Source: Felis catus
Lineage: Eukaryota
Assembly (NCBI RefSeq): GCF_018350175.1
Contig: NC_058368.1
Coordinates: 205,532,001 to 205,596,000 of the forward strand
Direction: 5' to 3'
Length of the DNA: 64,000 bases
The first letter of the stretch is position 1, and the number at the start of each line of letters is the position of its first letter. Under the pieces are notes generated by a model. That model searched no databases. It was not told the DNA's origin and was given only the letters and a program-made list of their open reading frames with translations. Shown here in pieces: positions 25,245 through 39,278 of this stretch. The position numbers were made by a program, and so were the translations under genes.

Positions 25245-28200
25245 AGCCCTTCAATGATTTTAGATGGATTAGATTTGCATGTTAGAAAGAATGCTGTAGC
25301 TTTTATGCAGAGTAGGGGGAGAAGAGATGAGACAGAGTTCAGTTAGAAGATTCATTCAGTGATTTAGGCCAGAAGCGTCACGGTTCTAAACCACAGGTTA
25401 GAAGGAGAGATTCGAGAGACCCAGATGGACTCAACCTAGCTAGATGATGAATTGGACAAGGCTGCTAAGACAGAGGTGCTTCCTAAGTTTTCCTAATGAA
25501 GCCCAGACGGTAGGAAGAGACAGGGAGGAGCGGTGGGAGGCAGTAAAAGATTGGGTTCAGCTTTGACACACCCAGTTTGATATTCTTGAACATGTTAACA
25601 TCTTGAATGTCCAGTCAGATTTCTGATAAACAGAGATATGGATGTGGAGCTCAGAAGGAAAGTCAGTATTGGACCAAACTTGTGGAAGTCATTAACCTAG
25701 TAAAGGATAATTGAAGCCTTTAGCATAGATGACATTGGATAGATAAAAATGGGCAAAGGGAAAGACAGCTGTGGGAACCCCAAGGAAGGGAACGGTGCAC
25801 ATTTACCCCTGTGGCTCTGTACATAGTAGGTGCTCTAATGTATATTTGTTGAGTGACTGAATGAGAATGCGGTGCCATTAGGGCAATAAATGTGTTCAGC
25901 CTGCCATTGCAGATATGCCCCTAGAATTCCATTTTCAACTTCTAAAGAAATTCCATTAGTTTGCCTTTTGAAAGAGGCTTTGGAGATTTTTGACCCTGAT
26001 TTCCTAGTTTTGTACTGCTAGAATGAGGTTATGAAAGATGCTTTCTTTGCCAGCAGCTGGGCTATGATTAACTGCTTTATCTATAATGTGGTCTCCATTT
26101 TTATCAAGGTTTTGTTTATACTTTATACTGCTAAATGGAAATCTTCCTAAATATTTCAAAAGTAAATTTCCTTCATTTTAATAATAGATGCTTGGCTTTC
26201 CAGTATATGACCTTGAGAGCTAATTAGAGTTTGATAAAGGTGTTAAAAGTTTTCTAAAAGCAGTAAGTAGATTTGCCATAGATTTTCTTTCCCTGATCAC
26301 TGAAGGCTTATATTCATGACACTACAGTTATCTTTTCCCCAAATCCCTTCCCTTCCTGTTCTTAATAATATAATCTAGAGACTCTTTTTTTTTAATTTAT
26401 TTTGATAAATTTACAGTTGTTCATAATGCAGTGAAAAGAAAATCAGTATGAATAATGCTCCAGACACATTTTCTACAAAGCAAAAGTGTCCATTAAAAAA
26501 TTTTTTTTGTCATTTTGGAATTAAATAAGCTAATGTAGCATACAGACATTCCTAAATGACCATTTTCTTCCTTCTCAAAACACATATTTTTACTGAAAAA
26601 ACAGGTTTTTTTATTTTTTAGGAACATAAAAATGTGCAAACAAAAAGGAAGTTTTCTGTAATATTTCCTCTAAAATTTAAATCATCTTTTCCAGTAAAAT
26701 CAACCAGGTAATCTGTAAATTCATCAAACATAGAATTCAGGTATCATGTCCTCTTAATGTTTTGCTCAAGGGGGAAAAATCAGTTAACGGGAGACTAATA
26801 ACCGTTTTAGGGCTTTGATTTGAGTTCACACACAAGTGACAATAAGTTAAGCTATTAAGGAGAAAGAACATGCATGTATATGGTGCCCCTGTTATGCCTC
26901 AGGCATGATGCCAGGTGCCCAGATAATGTTCGTTATATTTGTCCTGTATAACAGTCTTGGGAAGTAGGGTTTTTTTGATATCCATGTACACATGCAAAGG
27001 CAGGTTCACCAAAGATCACTTAGCTAGTGTGTGGCAGAGCCGAAATTCCAGTCCAGCTCGAAAGCCACGGTTCTTTCCTCTACAGGTCGCTGTGTCTTCA
27101 TATTAGCCTCCTATCCACAAGAGTGTTTAAAATGGAAATTTTGGGTTTGAGTTCCAAACTAGCTGAAAATAAAGATCAGCTTGTGAATAATAGTTGAATG
27201 TAAGGTAAACCTGGAAGAGGGGAAGGATATGAGGAGCATAATTTTTAAGTCAGAGAGAGAGGAAACTAGTAGTGAAAGCCAAGAGAGGGAACAGTGCCTT
27301 TTGCTTGTAGATCCAGCAAGTGAAAGAGGGAAGCAGTTTTGGGCTCTTATAGTTAGAGCTGCCCATCCATAGACCATCTAATCTGCCTTGAGACAAGTGA
27401 GCCTCCTGGCATCGGAAGCCTCTCAGCAGAGCTGACCATCTCAGAATGGAAGAATTCCTAAGCGGGAGGTTATATTAAATGACTTTGTCAGTCCCTTCCA
27501 CTCAGGTTGTCATATTGCTAAGTGTAACAAATGGCAGGTATCCTAAGTCAGGTACAACAAGTTGAGTCTTCGTGCTGAGGTCATACTGTACCAATGGGCA
27601 TTACCATCACCTGGCATTACCAACCACAATGTTGTAAAGGAACATTAAGGTGAGGTTAGCCTTCTCATGCTTGTCCTAAACACGAGCATCTTCATTTGAT
27701 TTTCATACCAAGGGGGAGATTCTCATGCTGTCCTCTTGGACCTGTGTGTCTTTGCAGGACTTAAAAGGGAAAGTTGTAATATTTACCTGGGGGGGGGGGG
27801 GTCTTTCAGGATCAGGACAGCTATCCCCTTGTAATTACTCATAACCACTTCAAAGTGCCTTCTTTTATTTCCTGTAACTCTTTACCTAGCAGCATTGATC
27901 AGCTCTCCCCCAACATCCTTGTACATTCACCTTCCAAATATCTTCTCCCTCCCTCCCTTTCTTCATTCCTTTTTTCCTTCAAATCATCATTATTCTTCTA
28001 ACTGAAATTTTGACCAGAAGTGTTAGACCTAACTAAAGGAAAGTAGTTAAACAAAACAAAACAAAACAAACAAAAACCCAAAACTGGTTACAGTAGTAGC
28101 ATGTGCCATCAGTAGTCAACATTCATTTATCTTCTGACATCGACAGTGCTCCACAACTAATTGCCGATTAGAGAGCTGGCATTTATTCTCACCAAAATAT

Positions 28201-28356
28201 AACCATTAGAGTTGACATTTTCTCATTGCTGATTTTCAGAGTCTTTTGTCCTCGGTCTTGTCTCTCCTTTAAGAACTTGAGAGGTTGTTTCTGTTTTGTG
28301 TTGTAAAATAATTACTGTGATGGAAATTGTCATTGTCGTTTTCTTGATTCCGACAG

Positions 28357-28458
28357 GCTGTGTTTGACGTGGACAACAAGAAAGGACTGACTCTGATTGA
28401 ACTCTGGGAAGGCCTGACCGTGGATGACATCAAAAAGAGCACTGGGTGTGATTTTGCA
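28357..28458 (+). CDS. OXCT1: OXCT1 coding exon (~exon 16), 102 bp
   Basis: ccgacag|GCT...TTTGCA|gtaagt; translates [34 protein letters not shown]. Confidence 0.97.
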
Positions 28459-30983
28459 GTAAGTGTTTCTGTGAATAAATCCAGCCACTTGTCCTATATC
28501 ATGAGCTTGATTAATGGGTGTTTACAGGACATGAACCATTAATTTGTGATCATTTTTGGAGTTGACCTTTACAGAGAACAGGAGTGAAGGGAAGGGTGCC
28601 TCCAGATGAGAGCAGGTGGGAGCAGGAACGGGCTCTGACTCACGGCCACCCTTTGGCTCAGGAGTCAGAAGCAGGAGGGGGAGGAACCACCAGGGGCTGC
28701 TGGAAACAGAAGGTGGAGCTTGAACACAAAGCCACTTTCTGTAAAGTCCCTTGCAAATCTTCTGTTCTTGGGTTACCTATCAGAGCTGTGGCTAGACTCC
28801 GTTAACTCCAAGATGTGAGCCACACATGGAGAAATGATGCTCCCTTATTTTTTAATCCACCTATGACTTAGGGCTTTCTCTTTTATTAACTTCGATGCTT
28901 GATTATTCCATCTATTGAACATGTTGGAACGTTGAGCTCTGACACTGAGTTACAGTCGCAAAATAGGTATATCCTGCATTTAAAGAAAAACGTAGTGCAT
29001 AAAAACTCAGACTTACAAAGCACATAATAGACCAGAGGAGTATAATTAAATAAATCCCCAAATCACTTTTCAAAACAAAAATAATAATATTATAATATAG
29101 TCACCCTTTAATGTAAGTGCTTGTTTATAAATCACTGATCACCCATCTAATGGGGGTCGAGAGGATGGTTCAGTCTGTTTGAAGTTAATCAAAATAAAGG
29201 AGAAATGTCTCTGAAAAGCTGAAGGAAAAGAATTTCCTTTTCACATACATTTTAAGAAGGGATTTACTAGTTAAAATGAAATACAGTTATAATGGGGAAG
29301 AAATGTTGCAGCTACCCATCCTGGAGAAAGTAATTTAACAAAACCTATTTGATAAATCAGGCATATATTTCATACGCTTCTTCCTTAGGTACTACATGCT
29401 TGGCTGGTACCTGTTAATGCATAACAAATTTCTATAAAAACAATTTTGCTGCATAATTCATTATCCACATATAACTGTTTATGGTACTGTCTGAGGGTCT
29501 TTGTCTATTAACCTTTTTTGAATTTCTCTTTGGAAAAAAGTCTGTCAGCAATACCTAGCACAAAAAAAACAAAAAACAACAACAAAAAAATACCCACATC
29601 TTTAATTAGCTTTTTAGTAACCTTAGGGAGAATAAATGAGATCTGTTTATACTTTTCACTGTTTAGAATCCGTTACTTCAGTGGTAGAAGCAAATAATTC
29701 TTCTTACCTATCAGCTGTTCTTTGTATTTTTCCCCATTGTGGGTAAGTTAACCTCTTCTTCGTCAGGTAATATTTTCGAATCCACATGATTTTCATTTCT
29801 TTGCCACGAAAGAGGATATACAAAGAAAGGACCCTTGTTGTTATCTGCTTTTTTTTTTCCCATTTATGTAGTTAAGTCAGGATGAAAAAGGTGTTTTAGT
29901 GTTTTTGCTTTTTGCTTTTGCTTTTTGCTTTTTGTTTTTAAGTGCTAGTTTCCCTGTGTTGATGCACTGAAAAATATCTCTGTGGTTTCTTATTTAACAC
30001 CATATCACCCTCTTTCTCTTTTGACATTGACATGTAATCTTATTTCCTCCAAATTAGGCTGTTGAGATAAGATGTGAATTTGCATATTAGTGTTGTTGTG
30101 AAAATGAAAAGGTGTAGTATCAGCTGAACCATCTCAACAAAAGAGCTAGTTTTTGAGGATCTGATGATCAGTGGCATCTCTTTAGATCCTGATGGGTGAA
30201 ATCACATGTAGCAGATTGTTTTTCTGTAATGCTAGGGGCTAGAATGCTCTAATTAATATGTTCTGTGTAATAGCTGGGTTATCAATAAAATACATACAAT
30301 AATAAAATTATATTGAGGGTAACATTTCTTTATTTGATCATTCAAATTAAATTAATAATTAAATAATTCAAATTCAAATTTGATAATTCAAATAAGTGTT
30401 TCACATCATAATTTAGAAGATATTCCATGTGGTTATTAATGGATAGGTACCATTTTACTCTCTATAAAACTTTATACAAGTTAGTCAAAATTCCTTTTTG
30501 AGAAAAGGCCCACTCAGTCTTCAGTGTATACCTGGAAATAAACATTTTAGAAGGGAATAGTTAGACAACCAGGTTGTTGCATAATAAAGAAAAAAGGGTG
30601 AAAACCTAGGTCTGAGTAATTTTGAAAATGTGTTGGCTAACATTTTCTCCTATTAAAGCTGTGACAAGCTAATGAAAATGTCAGATTCCTGTATTTCACT
30701 CAGTGTGTTCCTGCCAGTTACTTGATGGGCCAAAGTAGAAAGAAAAGGGAAAAGTGATATGCCATCACTTAAATTGCATTATCTCCAAAGTCTCTTTTTC
30801 CACTGAGTAGTTAATTCAAATGGTTATTCATTTCTCTCTTTTCTAATGCATGCTTGTGTTACATAAAATATTTTTTTCTTTACCATATATGTCTGTGGAC
30901 CTTTTTTGAAACAACATTATTTCCTTCTGTTTTTATTTTTTAATTAGATTAAAAAAAATTGAATCCATATTTGAAAATCACAT

Positions 30984-31020
30984 GGTAAAATAAACTTCCA
31001 GAGGTAAAATAAACTTCCAG
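30984..31020. repeat. 19-bp tandem duplication
   Basis: ggtaaaataaacttccag(a) x2. Confidence 0.85.
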
Positions 31021-32235
31021 TCAACCATGATTATTTATTGAACGCCCATTTGTGTCCCACATTGAGCTATGAAATGTGAATAAAATAGAACAAATTGGTG
31101 TAGTTCCTACTCCCAAGGGTCTTGGTCTTATTCTACAGGCAGGAATACATCTAAACCACCACTGGCAAAAATTAAGTAAGAATACAGCTTATTTATATGT
31201 TTGCAGTGAAATTTGGAAGAGGCCAGGTGTACATATTCTTTGCTAAGTTGAATAAATTTATACTCCGTATCTATTATGAACTGGCATTATACCAGAATTA
31301 AATTGTATACCATTGGGATTTCAATGGACTGGGAAAACAAATTGTTGGCTTATATTCTACACCTAAATCATATAGTCTTGTGTTACCTGTAGATCACCTT
31401 CGCAGGATGATCTGCTTCAGCCTGCATGGGCTTAAAATGTTGATGAGACTGAGCAAGAACAGGATGAAAAATGGTGATTTAGTAGGTGTTTTTCATTACA
31501 AAAATAGGCGGGCCAAGTCAGTCTACATAAAGCTTCATCTCTTTCTTTCTTCATATAAGTCAGAGTCCACATTGAGGATATAAATGACATTAAGAGCTCA
31601 AAATAGGGTCAGTATGCCAAGGAAAGTGATCAGATGTTTAGGTTATAAAATTAAGGTGTCCAGTTTCCTTTTAAAGGAAATGCTATAAAGCTTCTATTGG
31701 AAATGATCTGTTTCCCGAAAAATAGAGTTTCATTTCATTAAATTATTTCTACAGATGCTCTGTTGTTTAAAAAAAGAAAATGGGTTGTTTGTGAGACACA
31801 CTTTCTAAATACTCAGAGCCCATATGTCTTTTGTTCTTTTCAGTAGAGTTGAAGATCTATGCACATGTGGGCTGTGATTTTTGACTATTTATTATATGTC
31901 TATTATTTTGTCTATTATTATATATCTGCTCTTGGAACTGGCAGGTCTGAATGAGCTGTCATTTATTTTAAGCTGTATACCAAGCCATACCGATCCTTGT
32001 TACTCTGATCGTGTCATTCTTTTAGTAGAAAAATGGAAAAGGGGGCATTAGCTCTTGACATTGTGAAGAGCTAATACAGAAACAATTTATAAATGAACTA
32101 AAAATATTTAACCTCATCAAAGCCAAATAATTGTCTACTCCTATTGTTAATACTGTTTTAACCTCTATTAAAACCTTTCTTCTAATTCTTTAAGGCTTAT
32201 TTAATCCATTTATTCATTCATTTTTTCATTAATTT

Positions 32236-32471
32236 TTTTTTTAAGACATTTTAAAAAAATTTTTTTTTGAACGTTTATTTATTTTTGGGACAGAGAGAGA
32301 CAGAGCATGAACGGGCGAGGGGCAGAGAGAGAGGGAGACACAGAATTGGAAACAGGCTCCAGGCTCTGAGCCATCAGCCCAGAGCCCGACGCGGGACTCG
32401 AACTCACAGACCGCAAGATCGTGACCTGGCTGAAGTCGGACACTTAACCGACTGCGCCACCCAGGCGCCCC
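32236..32471 (-). mobile_element. Young felid Can-SINE
   Basis: 17-bp TSD cattttttcattaattt at 32219 and 32472; nearly identical to the copies at 7995 and 61854. Confidence 0.95.
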
Positions 32472-33425
32472 CATTTTTTCATTAATTTAACAAAATATTA
32501 ACTGTTTATTCTGGAAGCCTAGGCCCACTTCAATCGCTTCATTCTTGAAGAGCTCAAAAATCATCTAGATTTTAATATGCCCCCACTGTGCTTTCCATGG
32601 GGACTGTTACTTAATAGGACTCCATGGATATTTGCCAGACTGAATGAAGACATCTATACCTGACATTGCCTTGAAGGATCAGTCAAAATTAAGCCCAATC
32701 ACTTACACTTAACTTTATTCTTCCACCAGCTCTACCATTAAATGTAGACCTGTCTTCATTTTTCTCTGCTTCAAGTCTTCTAGGAATGCATGTATTGTTC
32801 TGTATATTGAACATAAACCTAGTCAACATTTAATATTTTTAATGCTATTGCCTCCTTTTTAAAAATAACTTGGAATCTTTTTACTGCCTTCATATCATTT
32901 CCATTCTGATTATGATATTTCTGATAAAATTCATCATCGATCATTTATCTCTTCATTAATATGGGCCCAGTTAATCCAAAGACTACATTGTGTCAACGAA
33001 ATTGGGAATTGACTAGACTTATTTTGAGCATTTTGAGACTTGTGCCTTACTCTGTGTCTCTGTTTTGGGTGCTCTCAGAGGCATCAATCTCAGAGCTCAG
33101 TGATCCATTCCGAGAGCTTGGTTTTCTGGACCCTTTATCGTCTCTGTCTGTTCCTCCACCCTCTTGCTGTTGCCAGTCTTACTGATGCTTAATTTAGGAA
33201 CTGTAACGTGCAAGAAGGTTGAGAACTATATACCCACAACATAAACAGGAAAGAGTTTTCTGTCTCGTTGGTTTAGAATGGAAAATAATGAGGAAACTCT
33301 AGGTGATGTCTGTGGCAAGGCTGTTTGTTGCCAACATTATTCAGGTTTGGAAATTCAGAAAAGAGATGTTGATGCCATGAGATTTTGTACAATTTGGTCA
33401 TTTTTTCTTCTCTTTCTTTTACCAG

Positions 33426-33467
33426 GTTTCACCAAAACTCATACCAATGCAGCAGATCACAACTTGA
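33426..33467 (+). CDS. OXCT1: OXCT1 terminal coding exon (~exon 17) including stop codon
   Basis: long pyrimidine tract, ttttaccag|GTT; translates VSPKLIPMQQITT then TGA (33465-33467), similar to the SCOT C-terminus. Confidence 0.94.
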   Translation, partial: VSPKLIPMQQITT

Positions 33468-34505
33468 AATGTGGAATAGACATTTCTCCCAGGTTGTGTG
33501 TTTCTCATTTTAACCACATAGGATTTCATTGAAAGGACATCAGTAATCATAATTGTATATCTAAGAAGCAGTTTTGACTAGTTTTCTTCCAGCATTTTAC
33601 ACTGTAGCAGCCATGTAGTCTTTATTCTCTCTAGTGTGCTATAAGGTTTTAATGAAAGACAAATATATATATATATATATAATATAAATGATTATCTTAC
33701 TTGTTTTATGATTGCTTTGAAGGCTTATCTTTACAATTGGTGCTCACATTGGATTTATCTTTACCTTTTGTGATATGTACACAAAATTGTACCAAGATGG
33801 GCCCTTAGGAAGACTTTCACTGATGTGCTGTCCCTCCCAACTAAATCATGACGTATAGAAAAAAAGAATGAGGGAGATAAAGAACTCCACCCAGAGTATA
33901 CCCAAGGCAGCATTGCACTAGTGCTGAATGATAACATCTGTGTGAATTTTGAGTAGGAGAAATGCTGTTAATGATTATGTTTTTCTTTTGGCCTCCTCTG
34001 ACTTTTCTTTTAGAGCCTCTGATTTTGTGATTGCATCTTGTTTCCCTAAAGCATCCCTTTTCCTCCCACACTTTCTACAACTAAATCGATGTTCAGTAAG
34101 GCAAACAAGAACATCTCTGTGTGGGAGAAGTAACTGGTTCATGGGAGAGACCAGAGTGTGTAGGGTCTGCTGGTGCTGACGTCTCACCAACAAGTTGCCT
34201 TTATAAACCAAGCAACCATTTGTGCTTTGCCAAAGACGAAGGTTTATTATGAGAAGAGGGCTATAAACCTAACTGATCTAGTCAGTTTTCTCATTTTAAA
34301 ATAATGCAGTATTTCTGTGTATCCAGAGGGGTCCTTAAGAGGCTTTTTCTATGTGATTGAGGTACAGTGGGCTACTCCTTCAAGACTTCCTTTTAAGCCA
34401 CAAGGGGCTATGGGATAATTTATCATGAATCCTGTCACAGTGACAACAGAGTTTAAAATATTTTTGTCTTTCTTTTCAGGATCTCTTATTTTTTCAGAAA
34501 AACTT

Positions 34506-34726
34506 ATTTTTTTTTTTAATTTTTAATGTTTATTTCTGAGAGAGAGAGAGAGAGAGAGAGAGCACAAGCAGAGGAGGGGCAGAGAGAGGGAGACACAGAA
34601 TCCAAAGCAGCTCCAGGCTCTGAGCTCTCATCACAGAGCCTGACGTGAAGCTCGAGCTCACGAACCGTGAGCTCATGACCTGAGCCAAGTTTGGATGCTC
34701 AATTGACTGAGCCACCCAGGCACCCC
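34506..34726 (-). mobile_element. Can-SINE, antisense, in the inferred OXCT1 3' UTR
   Basis: ends gagccacccaggcacccc; TSD ~ttcagaaaa. Confidence 0.92.
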
Positions 34727-34910
34727 TGTTCAGAAAAGTTTCTAAATATTGAATGCCTTTTTCTACAGAGCACTATTCTTTCTTCTGCCAAGGCTACTTC
34801 CTTGAACAAACTACTTTTAATTCAGCTTTATCCAAATAAAGGAAATACTGATAAGTAAATCTAGGATTTGAAGAGCAGGGAACTTTTAGTGTTAGAAAAT
34901 AAACATGGTA

Positions 34911-35185
34911 GGGGTGCCTGGGTGGCTCAGTCAGTTAAGCATCTGACTCTAGATTTCAGCTCAGGTCTTGATCTCACAGTTCATCAGATCAAGCCCCACA
35001 TGGGGCTCTGTGCTGACAGCATGGAACCTGCTTAGGAATCTCTCTCGTCTCTCTCTGCCCCTCTCCTGATCACATATATGTGTCTGTGCGCATGCATGCT
35101 CGCTGTCTCTCTCTCTCTCTCTCTCTCTCTCCCTCCCTCTCTCTCTCCCTCCCTCCCTCCCTCTCTCCCTCTCAAATAAACATAA
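34911..35185 (+). mobile_element. Can-SINE, sense, in the inferred OXCT1 3' UTR, with expanded (CT)n
   Basis: starts ggggtgcctgggtggctcag; TSD gaaaa(t/g)aaacatggta at 34895 and 35186. Confidence 0.92.
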
Positions 35186-35930
35186 GAAAAGAAACATGGT
35201 AGAGTGGGTTTTGTAAGGAACTTTTCCTCAGAAGTATCCTCCCTACCAAATAGTCACCCTGTGGGCATCCCAGGCCTCCTAGGTATCAAATGGGAGAAAT
35301 AGACCGGGTACCCTGAAGACAGGTCAGACAGCCGTTCTCCAGGCAGATGTAGGCATAGTACAGTGCAATATATCATTCCTCTGGCACCAGATATATATAG
35401 GAATTGATGTGTATTTTTAGGTGATAGTTAGCATCGAAGCTCCCTTTCTGTTTAGGTACAACTACAGTTGTGTCATGTATGGTATTAGAGGAGAGAGGCT
35501 TTTTTTTGTATCACACTCTCTATCTAAAAGAGTCTTGCTGGCTGCGGGATTGAAAGCATACTGTCCCAATACTGGTAAAAAGGCCTCTTCTTGGAATTTG
35601 TGAGGTCCAGAGAATAATACATATCTTAGAATTATAATTTGGTAAAATGTATGTTATTGACAGTTGCTATATTTGCAGACTTAGTTGCTTATTATTCTAT
35701 TTCATTACTTTAAGATAATGTGATTCTAAGAGTGTCCCCAACTTTGAATGGTAAAACCTAAGTAGATGACTTTATATTGTTGATTAAAGGGTGCCATGGA
35801 TAAAAACACAATAAGAAATACAGTAAATATCCTGAATTGATATAGATCAGTGTGATTGTCTTCTTTCTTGTTTGGGAATGGTGTGACCAATCATGGGAAT
35901 AATACACTAGAGATTGGTGGAAAGACCAAC

Positions 35931-35936
35931 AATAAA
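35931..35936 (+). terminator. Candidate distal OXCT1 polyadenylation signal
   Basis: AATAAA in unique sequence with downstream 'aagttgttgcttttctttct'. Confidence 0.55.
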
Positions 35937-37876
35937 TAGTTTATATACTTTATGGCTTCTGATTAAGTTGTTGCTTTTCTTTCTATCTTACCAAAGAGCA
36001 AATACTGTTTTTTATGAAAGAACAAATGAAATTTTTACCTAAATGAATTCTGATTTTACTCCTTGTCAGAACCAGTCATTTATCTATAAATATTGATTAC
36101 CAGGCTTCATGTATTAATATGTATTTTTTTGCTTTTATCTTACATTCTTTTAGGACATATATTAATGAATGAATGAATTAATTAATTAATTAGCTTCCCA
36201 GTGGCGTGTTGAGTTTGCTTGCATTTTGAAGTGGCTCTAGTATAGTCTGCCCAGCATCTGTGTTGTTCCTCTGGTGACAGACTCATGCCCTGGCCAAGGG
36301 GTTGGGTGTGTGCCCAGAATATGCCTGTTTTGATAGCTCTTCTTTGTCCACAGTGTTCATACACTGCGGCGGGGAGTGGGGGGGGTGGGGTGCTATGAGC
36401 CAGGATATACCAGTAAGGTCATTTCTCCCATGTTTAAAAACTGGAGATAAAAGAGAAGCTAATTTTCCTATTCCTTTCTGGTCACTAAGCCATAAGAATG
36501 TGAGTCCGGCACCAACACCCCATTTTCCCCCTTCACTCACACACACATACAGACTTACACACATGCACACCCTAGCAGCTGAGTTCCAGTTGGACAAAAC
36601 AAGCTGAAACACAAGCACACTGAGTTGTAAGTAAGGAGCTTCCTAGTGGTATTTGCGTTCTTGGTTCTCGATGTGCCTAAGGCTACCTTCCCTCCAGCCG
36701 TGCTTGTACATGAGCCCACAAGTCTCCCATTTCCCTTCAGCTGGGTCTTTGTGGGTCTTTTCATCTGCAACCAAAGTGTGAACTCAAACAGCTCTTGTAA
36801 TTCATGAATCTCGGGAGGGATCGGGTCTCCTACAGAAGTTATGCAGAATATGAGTAAAACTGCTGCAGCTGGTGCCGGAGAACACGTGTAAGAGCATTTA
36901 TAGGTATTACCAGTGGGTAGGAAGGTTGTGGGTAGAGGTTCTTTTTCTGACAATGTCAGTATATTCAACATAGCTTTGAAAATTATTCCAATGGAAATAT
37001 AAGCAGAGATTTATTCAGTGGATGGGTTTCTTAATACTAATCTTTTCCAACCAGAGTATGATCTTCAGTTTCTTAAACTTACTTTCAGGTTTTCCCATCT
37101 TTAAAATAAGCAGAATGTACTGCTTTTCAGCACGGTTCTATAAGGCATAGTTAATATATCTGTAAAATGAACACATAACAGTGTATAAATCAATACATTG
37201 AAAAATGTTGCCAAAATACTGACAGATCATTTTTAAATGCCACGTCATAATATTACCATGGGACAGAATTGTTCCCATCCTTTTATTTTTTAATATCTAC
37301 ACTGCTTTCCCACCTAAGACTGTACTAAATATCAAAGTAGGTTTAAGCATAAATATCACTAAGTGTCACGTGATCTGAATGCATGTCTGTATGGCATACA
37401 CTTGAATTCTCTTACTTCTATTATGTTAGACACGTCTGTGTAAAATCATCCAAATACACCCTTTATGGACCCTGTAGCAAGTCCCATGAGAGTGATACCT
37501 ATACCAATCTAGGTAACTGATTGATGAGACAGCTCCTTCCCTCAAAACCATAATCAAACAAAAAATATATTTGGTTTTAGAGGTTAAATGTGCTTGATTA
37601 TCATGGTCATTATTACCTTTAATGAGGTGCCACTCCAGATGGCCATTTGGAAATTACCTCAGGCAATTATCCTGGTCCTTCTGTAGCATAACCCACCATG
37701 GGTCCCTAGGAAACCCTCCCATTTCCCCTGACAAACTGCAGGACCCAACACAGTCATTTTCTTTCTTTGGCTCATTCCTAGGCATTCTATCTCTTACCCT
37801 TTAAAATTTTCAAGAAGAAATCAGACACCAGTCTGATACAGATATAGATACAGTTATAGATACAGAGATATGGATT

Positions 37877-37878
<2 letters not shown>

Positions 37879-37915
<37 letters not shown>
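37879..37915. repeat. (AC)n microsatellite
   Basis: direct reading. Confidence 0.95.
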
Positions 37916-37918
<3 letters not shown>

Positions 37919-39278
37919 GATGTTCCACTTGAAGCCCTTCTCTCTTGATCTGGGGACAGGAGGGAGGTAGCATCTCCCACCTAGCCTTCTTGGAGTTAGA
38001 GTGCCCCAACGGCTCCTTCCAGATTTTCTCCATAAATATTCCTCTAATCTCCAGTTTCCAACCCTTGTAGGTGCTCAATGTGGGTAAGGGTTTAAGAGTT
38101 GTCTAACTGGTTCTAAGCCAGATACTGCTTCATAATGCGTGTATAATGGCCTCACTGGAACGTAGTATGTATCGTGTATGTGTTTAACGCCTTATATATT
38201 TGTATAACAACTTGTCCATGGTAGGCTTCCAAATACGATATTAAACCAATTTACTGGTTGAAAACCTGAGGTGGTAGTCCTGCAGGCTTGAGGATTTCCC
38301 TCAGCTAAGTAATTAAGCAAGTCTTCTAAGGAAGAGTTAGAGAAAGAAAGGGAAAGGTACAAGAGGTAGAATCTAAAAACTGCAACAAAGGAATATAGAG
38401 ACCTGTGATAGTCATCTACATTTGTTTAGCATTTCGTAATTTACAAAACACCTAGAATATGCTAGCTGGCTTCTTTTATTCTCCCAGTAATCTTCCAGGG
38501 AGACATTATTACCTCCATTAAAATTAACTTCATTAGTCAGAGAGAAGTGATGTCCATCAATTCTTTAATCAAATTAGCCTTTCAAAGCTAATGTTGGGTT
38601 TTGCCAAGGTAGTTAATGAGATGTGAATTAAATCCTCTGAATAGAACTAGATTTGTTGCTCTCTGGTAAGCTATAAAACAGAGTACAAAACCTTTAAACC
38701 TAATGGGACAGATCTGGAAGCTTTGTTCCCCTGTCCACACAGCTCTTGTGTACAACCCAGTTTGAGAGGAAATGGGTAGTTGCCAAAATAAAAAGGATAA
38801 TGGCACCCACCAGGCAAAATGTCCCTGTGGAAGACTTGAAATTACTGAGTTTGCTCATCTGAAAGGCTTTGTGTAGGCAACTTCAGGTAAGAATGCTCAA
38901 CTGACATCAACAGGAGGGGCTGATGGGCATTGCTTCATTTCTGTGACTAAACTCCTTTTTGAAATTTGGTTTCCTTTATATTAACCTAACACATGTTCAA
39001 AGTCAGAGTTGTGGCTCAGACCCATTCAGTTGAACTCCAGGAATAAGGTTGACATTGGCAACCTGAAAATAAATATTATTGGTGACACGGAGAAAGCATC
39101 ACTCAGTGAGTGCCATTCACTGGGGAAGAAAGGGTCCATGAGAAGAAAATTGGTCACAGTACTGGAGCCTGTGGAGTTTTGGGGGGTATAGGGATAGGAA
39201 AGCATTAGGGCCATCAAGACACATACAGTATGAGAACATTTGTTACTATCTTGTTTCTTAGAATATAAGATACCATAA

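Larger units (their letters stand above)
33468..35960 (+). other. OXCT1: OXCT1 3' UTR (3' end inferred)
   Basis: follows the stop codon; AATAAA at 34835, 34898, 35175 and 35931, the last followed by a U/GU-rich tract. Confidence 0.6.
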
